Under the pieces are notes generated by a model. It did no database searches. It saw nothing but the letters and a program-made list of their open reading frames with translations, and was not told the DNA's origin. A DNA stretch of 64,000 bases. Origin: an uncultured Solirubrobacterales bacterium. Its GTDB lineage: Bacteria; Actinomycetota; Thermoleophilia; Solirubrobacterales; Thermoleophilaceae. The position numbers and the translations under genes were made by a program. This document shows positions 57,704 through 64,000 of this stretch, piece by piece. Positions within the stretch are counted from its first letter, which is position 1; each line of letters starts with the position of its first letter. Location of the stretch: contig CAVRSX010000002.1 in the NCBI GenBank assembly GCA_963724115.1, forward strand, positions 578,746 to 642,745. Reading direction: 5' to 3'.

Positions 57704-58849
57704 ATGCCGATTCCGACAGAGACCGTCGGGTCGCTTCCACGTCCGCGGAAGCTCCAGGACGCCTACGAGGATCTGGACCAGGGCAAGATCACATTCGAGG
57801 ATCTCCAGAAGCTGCAGGACGAGGCCGCCAAGGACTCGATCCAGCGCCTGGAACAGACCGGCGAGAAGTACGTGAACGACGGGGAACAGCGCGAGTCCAG
57901 CTTCGCCACCTACCCGATCACGGACACCCTGGCCGGCACCGGCCTGGCGGACAACCTGGCGGGCGATGGCCAGTTCTTCGCCATCTTCGACGACGGCCAC
58001 CACCGCCAGCTGCCGCGCCTGACCGGCGGCCCATTCCGGTACAAGACGTTCGCCAGCGAGTTCGTGGAGAAGAACAAGGCCGACGCCACCCACCCGGTCA
58101 AGCAGGCCGTGATCTCGCCGTCGATGATGATGCTGCTGTACCCGCTCGAGGACGAGCTCGAGGGCTATCCCCGCGAGCAGTTCCTCAACGACGTGATCGA
58201 CGAGTGCGAGAAGGACATCCGCCAGTGCTTCGCCGCCGGAGCCGAGCGCGTGTCGGTCGACTTCACCGAAGGCCGCCTGGCCAACAAGAACGACTCGCGC
58301 AACCCCTGGACCGGCAAGGACATGCTCCAGGACTTCATCGACCTGAACAACCGGCTGTTCGAGCGCTTCTCGGCCGAGGAGCGCAAGAACATCGGCATCC
58401 ACACCTGTCCCGGCGGCGACAACGACTCGGTGCACTCCAAGGAGGTGCCCTACGAGAAGCTGCTGAGCAAGATGTTCAACATGAATGCCGGCTACTTCCT
58501 GATCCAGTGCGCGTCCGAGGACGACAGGGAGACGGTCTACAAGCTCGTGGGCGAGTACTCCCGCGACGACGCCGACGGCGTCCCGCAGGTCTGCTTCATG
58601 GGCGTGATCAATCCGCTCAGCCCCGAGGTCGAGACCCCCGAGCACGTGCGCGACGAGCTGCTCGCCGCGGCCAAGCACATCCCGGTCGAGCGGCTCGGGG
58701 CCACCGACGACTGCGGCTTCTCGCCGTTCTCGCGCGACCTCAAGCCCGGCCACGGCAGCGACCCGGACTACGCCCGGGACGTGGCCATGCAGAAGATCAC
58801 CAACCGGATCAAGGGCGCCAGGATGGCCAGCGAGGAGTTGGGCGTCTGA
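57704..58849 (+). CDS. Cobalamin-independent methionine synthase II family protein (MetE C-terminal-domain-like)
   Basis: MPIPTETVGSLPRP start typical of this family. Zn-ligand-type motifs IHTCPGG and DDCGFSPF. Confidence 0.75.
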   Translation: MPIPTETVGSLPRPRKLQDAYEDLDQGKITFEDLQKLQDEAAKDSIQRLEQTGEKYVNDGEQRESSFATYPITDTLAGTGLADNLAGDGQFFAIFDDGHHRQLPRLTGGPFRYKTFASEFVEKNKADATHPVKQAVISPSMMMLLYPLEDELEGYPREQFLNDVIDECEKDIRQCFAAGAERVSVDFTEGRLANKNDSRNPWTGKDMLQDFIDLNNRLFERFSAEERKNIGIHTCPGGDNDSVHSKEVPYEKLLSKMFNMNAGYFLIQCASEDDRETVYKLVGEYSRDDADGVPQVCFMGVINPLSPEVETPEHVRDELLAAAKHIPVERLGATDDCGFSPFSRDLKPGHGSDPDYARDVAMQKITNRIKGARMASEELGV

Positions 58850-58885
58850 GGAGAGGGGCGCCAGCGACCTGCGACGATTCTCCCG

Positions 58886-59071
58886 GTGTCGGAATACCAC
58901 GCTCAGGCCCACCTCGATGCGCCGCTGGATGAGGTCTGGGGGCTCGTCGGGAACCCCGCCACCTACCCTCAGTGGTGGCCGGTCGCGGTCGAGGCCCTGG
59001 CCATTAGGGGCTGCGTCGGACACTGGCCTCGGCGTGACCGCCTGAGGTCCCGGCTCTGGGTGGGCGTCTAG
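58886..59071 (+). pseudogene. Probable truncated SRPBCC-family (polyketide cyclase/dehydrase-like) gene remnant
   Basis: VSEYHAQAHLDAPLDEVWGLVGNPATYPQWWP looks like the first ~35 aa of an SRPBCC protein. The ORF degenerates and stops at 61 aa, whereas family members as I recall them are about 140-150 aa. Confidence 0.4.
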
Positions 59072-59098
59072 GGCGCCCGCCTCGATCCGCAAAACCGT

Positions 59099-59140
59099 TC
59101 ACCTGTTTTCGGGGTCCTGACCCCGAAAATGAGTGAACCG
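59099..59140. repeat. 42-nt extended inverted repeat with a perfect 11-2-11 core (TTTTCGGGGTC-CT-GACCCCGAAAA)
   Basis: Core arms at 59108-59118 and 59121-59131. Outer arms GTTCAC/GTGAAC at 59099-59104 and 59135-59140. The linking triplets pair as U.G and G.U on the + strand only. It lies 47 nt upstream of tRNA-Asp. Confidence 0.7.
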
Positions 59141-59186
59141 CGGTTCGTTCCTCCCCGTCCCGCTCCGCTATCCTCGCCGGACGCCA

Positions 59187-59260
<74 letters not shown>

Positions 59261-59534
59261 TCCCGAGGAATCCCTGCACCTGCTGGGATTTCTGCATCTT
59301 GTGGGCCGTTTGAAAGTGCGTTGCGCCCGCGGAGTAGCGCCTTGGAGCGCTCGGGCCCACCGCCGCGCGGGCAGCTCGCCGCGCAACTCGCCGGCGGCGT
59401 CGTCAAGGCTTTTCGCCCGCCTGCATCAGTGGCAACGCGGGAGGCGTCGCTGACCACTACGAACTGGCGGTCATCGGCAGAGTCGCGCCGCAGTGCCACG
59501 TAGCGCCGCGGCGCGATGATCACGGAACGCCTGG

Positions 59535-60008
59535 CTATTGGGCGACGGTTCCGGTGAAGGTCTCCCGACCTTCCGCTTCGCTGCTGAACTTCACCTTCAT
59601 CCGACCGCGCCCGCGTAGCCCCTCAAAGCGGCCGCTGCCATCCAGGATCCTCCAAGAACCGCTTTGGCGCGTGCAGCTCTGTCCACCGACCGGACTGAAG
59701 GTGATCGTCAGGCGGCCGTCGTGGCAGCGGAACGTCTTGACCATCGACCCCTCGCCGGTGCCCCCCTTCCGGTCGCGGAAGCGTCCACCGGGGCAGAATG
59801 CCGAGTCGCCGATGGAGGACCCGCGGACGACCTCGCCCACGGGGATGTCAAGGCGCGTCTTGATGAGGATCGCCTCGCCGCCCTCTCCGCTGGCTGCGAA
59901 GCGATCGCGATCGGTCGTCCCGCCTCCGTCTCCGTCGTCGTCGCCGCAGGCCCCGAGGCCAATTGCCGTGACCGCCAGGGCCACCGCGAACCAGCGAACC
60001 CGGTGCAT
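59535..60008 (-). CDS. Hypothetical lipoprotein
   Basis: Start set at MHRVRWFAVALAVTAIGLGAC (signal peptide plus lipobox-like LGAC), followed by a Gly/Asp-rich linker. The longer 210-aa ORF start is less plausible. No family recognised. Confidence 0.55.
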   Translation of the reverse strand: MHRVRWFAVALAVTAIGLGACGDDDGDGGGTTDRDRFAASGEGGEAILIKTRLDIPVGEVVRGSSIGDSAFCPGGRFRDRKGGTGEGSMVKTFRCHDGRLTITFSPVGGQSCTRQSGSWRILDGSGRFEGLRGRGRMKVKFSSEAEGRETFTGTVAQ

Positions 60009-60116
60009 CTCGATATATGGAACTCGTAGATCGCTCATGTCCGAAGCATCCGCTCGGCGCAACGCGGGCGCCATGGGCGAGCAAGGGCCAAACCCGCCGA
60101 CCGAGAGACAGGCGAA

Positions 60117-60165
60117 CCTTGCCCGGGGGCAAGGGACCTTGCCGCGAGGTAAGCGCCGGCTTGCC
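60117..60165. promoter_or_regulatory. Array of five alternating-orientation heptamer half-sites (CCTTGCC / GGCAAGG / CCTTGCC / GGTAAGC / GCTTGCC) upstream of the giant signalling gene
   Basis: Half-site starts at 60117, 60128, 60137, 60148 and 60159, giving spacings of 11, 9, 11 and 11 nt. The first pair extends to a perfect 8-2-8 palindrome, CCTTGCCC-GG-GGGCAAGG. The array lies 68-116 nt upstream of ATG 60233. Confidence 0.45.
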
Positions 60166-60232
60166 AACAGCCCGGGACGGCAACCACCGGACTCCCGTTG
60201 CGTGAAGTGTCGCCCCGGCGGATGATGCCCTC

Positions 60233-63200
60233 ATGGGCCAGCGGCGGACCGTCGCGACATCAGCGCGACCGGTCATCAAGGAGCGCTATGAGGTGCTGAG
60301 TACGCTCGGCGCCGGCGGCGAGGGGCATGTCTTCAAGGCCCTGGACCTCCAGCACGACCGAGTCGTCGCGTTGAAGATCCGCGAGGTGCGCGACGACCGC
60401 TTGCGCGATGAGCTCCTGAACGAGGCTCGGATCCTGCTTGCCGTTTCCCCGCATCCGGCGCTGCCACTGGTTCGGGAGGACTTCTTCGACGGTGACAGGT
60501 ACGTCGTGGCCATGGACTGGGTGGAGGGCACCGACCTTGCGAGGCTGCTGAGCGAGCGGGGCCGGCCGGGTCTGGCGCCGTCGAGCGTGCTCGCCTACCT
60601 CGCCCAGGCGGCCGAGGCGCTGACCCACCTTCATTCTCAGGACTCGCCCGTCATCCACGGCGACGTCAAGCCGGCGAACTTGATCCTGACCAAGGGCGGG
60701 CGCGTGAAGCTTGTGGACTTCGGCATGTCCTCGGCCCCGGCGGCGCCGCACCGGCGCGCGGGTACACCCGGCTTTCGCGCGCCCGAGCTCGCCGGCGACG
60801 GGGTGCCGGCGCGCGCCAGCGACGTCTATTCGCTTGCTGCCACCGCGTTCGCGCTGCTGAGCGGATCGCCCCCTTCGGGCGTGCTGCCGTCCTGGGAAGG
60901 CATCGGGGCCGCTCAGGCCGATCAGCTGGAGGCCGCGCTCCGCTTGGGACTGGCGACCGATCCCGCGCGCCGCCCGGGGACGCCGGGCGAGCTTGTGGAG
61001 AGCCTCCGCAGCGGCTGGGCCGCGGCATTGCCGACCGGCGTGATGACGTTCTGCCTATCTGACATCTCGGGCTCGACGATGCTGTGGGAACGCGATCCTG
61101 CGGCGATGGCCGAGGCGCTCGTCCGCCACGACGCGATCATCGCTGCGCAGGTCGAGGCCCGCGGCGGCCGAGTTCTCAAGTCGATGGGCGAAGGCGACTC
61201 GACGGTCTCGGTGTTCGAGTCGGCGCCTCGGGCGCTCGACGCTGCGCTCGCTGCCACCCGCGCCCTGCAGGAAGAGGCGTGGCCCGGTGGGCTGGGGATT
61301 GCTGTCCGATTCGGGTTGCACACGGGCGAGGCTGAACGCCGCGGAGCCGACTACTTCGGGCCGACACTCAACCTGGCCGCCCGGCTACGCGGACAAGCGG
61401 ACGGCGGCCAGGTCTTCGTCTCGGCGGCGACGGTAGCGCTCGTCGCCCAACACCTCCCGGCCGGCTGCGAGCTCGTCGACCTCGGCCCGCACCGGCTGCG
61501 CGGAATCAGCGAACCGGAGAAGATCCACGCCCTCAAGGGCCCCGGGATCGGTGCGCCGCTGCCTGTAGGAGAGTCCCCCTACCGGGGTCTGCCGGCGTTC
61601 GAGCCGGACGACCGGCGGTTCTTCTTCGGACGCGAGCACGTCGTCGAGGAGATCCTCGCGCGGCTCGCGCCCGGTCGCTTGCTGGCTGTAATAGGCGCCT
61701 CAGGGAGCGGCAAGTCCTCGGTATTGCGCGCAGGCGTGGCCGGCGCCGCACTGGACGGGGAGGCCGAAGGGCTCGAGCACACGCGGATCCTGGTCCCCGG
61801 CACCGAACCCCGGCTCGAGGCGATGGGCGCGCCGAGCGAGCTGGTCGTCGTCGATCAGTTCGAGGAGCTCTACACGTTGTGTGAGGACCAGGCGCTCCGC
61901 GACGCCTTCATCGACGGACTGCTCGCGCTGCCCTCTCCGGTCGTGATCGGCGTGCGCGCCGACCTATACGGGAAGTTGAGCGACCACCCACAGTTGGCGC
62001 GGGCGGTCGCAGACAACCAAATCCTGCTCGGCGCCATGGGCGACGACGAGCTCGAGCGGGCCATCACCGAGCCGGCGCGCATCGCCGGCTTGAAACTCGA
62101 GCCGGGCCTCGTGGAGCTCATTCTGCGCGACGTGGCGCGCGAGCCCGGCGCCCTGCCGCTCCTATCGCATGCACTGCGCGTGACCTGGGAACAGCGCGAC
62201 GGGCGAACGCTCACGGTCGAGGGATACCGCGCCAGCGGCGGCGTCGGGGAGGCGATCGCACAGACGGCCGACTCCGTCTTGGAGGCAGTGCCGCCCGATC
62301 GCCAGGGCTTGATGCGCAACGTCTTCCTGCGCATGACGGAGCTTGGCGAGGGGATCGAGGACACGCGCCGCCGGGTCGCGGTCGATGAGCTGGTGCCGGA
62401 GGGGGCCTCCCCGGAGGAGGTCCAGACGCTGCTCGACCGGCTGGCGGATGCGAGGCTCGTGACGCTCGGCGAGGGGACGGCGGAGGTCGCCCACGAGGTG
62501 CTGATCCGCGAGTGGCCCACGCTGCGCGCCTGGCTCGAGGAGGACCGCGCGGGTATCCGTCTGCACCGCCAGCTGGGCGACGCGGCCCGTCTCTGGGACG
62601 CGGGGGGCCGGGAGCCCGGCGATCTCTACCGCGGCACGAGGCTCGTCGCGGCGATGGAATGGGCGCGATCGCACCCCGACGCACTGAATGCGGGCGAGCG
62701 AGCGTTTCTCGATACGAGCGTCGCGGAATCAGAGCGCGAACGCCGTGCGCAGCTCCGCGCCAACCGGCGCTTGCGCGGGCTGCTCGCGGGTGCCTCGCTC
62801 CTACTCGTCGCCGCCGCGATCGCGGGCGTTCTCGCGCTGCGCCAGGGCGGCCGCGCGAGCGACTCCGCTCGGACCGCGGATGCGCAGCGCCTCGGCGCCC
62901 AGGCCCTGGTCGACGACCAGCTGGACCGCAGCCTCCAGCTCGCACAGGCGGGGCGCGAACTCGATGACTCCGTCGCCACACGCGGCTACCTGCTGTCGGC
63001 GTTGGTGCGCCGGCCGGCTGCTATCGGCGTGATGCAGGGAGACGGGGATCCGTTCTTCGTGCTGGCGCTGAGCCCGGACGGTCGGATGCTCGCCGCCGGG
63101 GACGACAACGGGACGGTCGTCCTGCTCGACAGGCGCACGCGCGAGCGCATCGGCGGACCGCTGCAGGTCAACCTCCTGGAGGTCGGGGGCCTCGACTTCT

Positions 63201-64000
63201 CGCCGAACGGCAGGTTGCTTGCAGTCGCGGGTCGGGTGGGCGAGGCGCGCGACGCCCAGAGCGTGAAGCTCGTCGACCTCGCCACCAGGAAGGTGGTCCG
63301 CACGATCGATATCAAAGGCTTTCCGTTCGACCCCGAGGGGTTCGGGGTGGTCGCCGATGTCCGTTTCGCCGACGGCGGTCGGACCGTCCTTGTGAGCGTC
63401 ACGCCGGACGCGCCGGAGGGTCCTCCGCCGTACCTGCGACGGTATGAGACGCGCACCGGCAGGTCCTTGGGACCCGGTGTCCGGATCGGCCGGGGGGCCG
63501 CCGGTGTCGCCGCGACGGTTCCCTCCCGGCGCGACCGCCTGCTCGTCACCAGGCCTGACGGAACGTTCGTGGTCGACGCAGCAACGCTGCGCGTGCGGCG
63601 CCGGATCCCGGTGGGCTCCTCCGCCCCGGCCCTGTCTCCGGACGGGCGGAGGGCCGCGCTCGGCGGATTCGACGGCAGCGTCGCCATCCTCGATCTCCGT
63701 ACGGGCAAGCGGCGGACGCTCAGCGGTCGGCACGAGGATCGGGTGCGCGCACTGGCGTTCAGCGCCGATGGACGCACGCTTGTGACGACGGCCGGCGACG
63801 GCCGGGTGCTGGTCTGGGACCTGCGCTCGGGCGAGGTGCGCGAGACCCTGACCGGACACACCGGCGCCGTCAACACCCTCAAGGTCAGCGACGACGGCCA
63901 CACGCTCTACACCGCCGGGCTCGACGGCCGGATCATCGTCTGGGACCTCGCCGGTGACCGCCGCCTCGCGCGCCCATTCCCGGCGGGAGGCCAGAACGGG
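60233..64000 (+). CDS. Giant multidomain signalling protein: Ser/Thr protein kinase, class III adenylate/guanylate cyclase, nSTAND-like P-loop NTPase, TM helix and WD40 repeats (3' end outside window)
   Basis: Absent from the ORF track because it has no stop. I translated 1256 uninterrupted codons by hand from ATG 60233; the preceding in-frame stop is at 60203. Kinase: GAGGEGHVFKA, VVALKI, HGDVKPANL, DFG, GTPGFRAPE. Cyclase (~61037-61545): TFCLSDISGSTMLW, LKSMGEGDS, GLHTGEAE, GPTLNLAARL. NTPase (~61575-62700): PYRGLPAFEPDDRRFFFGRE, Walker A GASGSGKSS, VVVDQFEE. TM at 62771-62839. WD40-type repeats follow (LAFSADGRTLVTTAGDGRVLVWDL, GHTGAVNTLKVSDDGHTLYTAGLDGRIIVWDL). Confidence 0.88.
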   Translation, partial: MGQRRTVATSARPVIKERYEVLSTLGAGGEGHVFKALDLQHDRVVALKIREVRDDRLRDELLNEARILLAVSPHPALPLVREDFFDGDRYVVAMDWVEGTDLARLLSERGRPGLAPSSVLAYLAQAAEALTHLHSQDSPVIHGDVKPANLILTKGGRVKLVDFGMSSAPAAPHRRAGTPGFRAPELAGDGVPARASDVYSLAATAFALLSGSPPSGVLPSWEGIGAAQADQLEAALRLGLATDPARRPGTPGELVESLRSGWAAALPTGVMTFCLSDISGSTMLWERDPAAMAEALVRHDAIIAAQVEARGGRVLKSMGEGDSTVSVFESAPRALDAALAATRALQEEAWPGGLGIAVRFGLHTGEAERRGADYFGPTLNLAARLRGQADGGQVFVSAATVALVAQHLPAGCELVDLGPHRLRGISEPEKIHALKGPGIGAPLPVGESPYRGLPAFEPDDRRFFFGREHVVEEILARLAPGRLLAVIGASGSGKSSVLRAGVAGAALDGEAEGLEHTRILVPGTEPRLEAMGAPSELVVVDQFEELYTLCEDQALRDAFIDGLLALPSPVVIGVRADLYGKLSDHPQLARAVADNQILLGAMGDDELERAITEPARIAGLKLEPGLVELILRDVAREPGALPLLSHALRVTWEQRDGRTLTVEGYRASGGVGEAIAQTADSVLEAVPPDRQGLMRNVFLRMTELGEGIEDTRRRVAVDELVPEGASPEEVQTLLDRLADARLVTLGEGTAEVAHEVLIREWPTLRAWLEEDRAGIRLHRQLGDAARLWDAGGREPGDLYRGTRLVAAMEWARSHPDALNAGERAFLDTSVAESERERRAQLRANRRLRGLLAGASLLLVAAAIAGVLALRQGGRASDSARTADAQRLGAQALVDDQLDRSLQLAQAGRELDDSVATRGYLLSALVRRPAAIGVMQGDGDPFFVLALSPDGRMLAAGDDNGTVVLLDRRTRERIGGPLQVNLLEVGGLDFSPNGRLLAVAGRVGEARDAQSVKLVDLATRKVVRTIDIKGFPFDPEGFGVVADVRFADGGRTVLVSVTPDAPEGPPPYLRRYETRTGRSLGPGVRIGRGAAGVAATVPSRRDRLLVTRPDGTFVVDAATLRVRRRIPVGSSAPALSPDGRRAALGGFDGSVAILDLRTGKRRTLSGRHEDRVRALAFSADGRTLVTTAGDGRVLVWDLRSGEVRETLTGHTGAVNTLKVSDDGHTLYTAGLDGRIIVWDLAGDRRLARPFPAGGQNG

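Noticed and set aside
59108-59131. The TTTTCGGGG…CCCCGAAAA hairpin as a bidirectional intrinsic terminator.
   Set aside because: In both orientations the T-run precedes the stem and an A-run follows it, so no U-tract follows the hairpin. It is kept as an unexplained palindrome instead.

Overview
This is a very GC-rich, gene-dense bacterial chromosome segment; third codon positions are almost always G or C. Its content looks actinobacterial. It has a six-gene mce cluster, a Kgd/OdhA-type 2-oxoglutarate dehydrogenase, ThyX, PPOX/F420-type proteins, and many divergent gene pairs separated by less than 40 bp. A Thermoleophilia/Solirubrobacterales-like origin is only a guess from protein style.

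I support about 60 CDS, one tRNA-Asp(GTC), one ydaO-type cyclic-di-AMP riboswitch and a few hairpins and palindromes. I saw no CRISPR array, rRNA, transposase or integrase. Operon structure is marked by 4-nt stop/start overlaps (ATGA, GTGA, TTGA, possibly CTGA).

Most genes are housekeeping: rpe, rpiB, fpg, bcp, gltA, metF, moaA, an NAD-type formate dehydrogenase, a DEAD-box helicase and cyclophilin.

The most unusual items are:
1. An open-ended gene from 60233 to the window end that the ORF track omits because it has no stop. It encodes a Ser/Thr kinase, class III nucleotide cyclase, nSTAND-like P-loop NTPase, TM helix and WD40 repeats. It lies just past tRNA-Asp and behind an array of helically phased heptamer half-sites.
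2. A single 1438-aa polypeptide carrying two lipoyl domains, a PSBD, an E2o catalytic domain and E1o.
3. Six MCE genes with no YrbE/MlaE permease genes, directly preceded by a BASS-family transporter.
4. A secreted-protein gene whose signal peptide is in a different reading frame from its body.
5. An HD-domain gene whose coding signal runs upstream to a CTGA overlap with fdhA, with no canonical start codon.

All calls come from reading motifs by eye. No database search was run.
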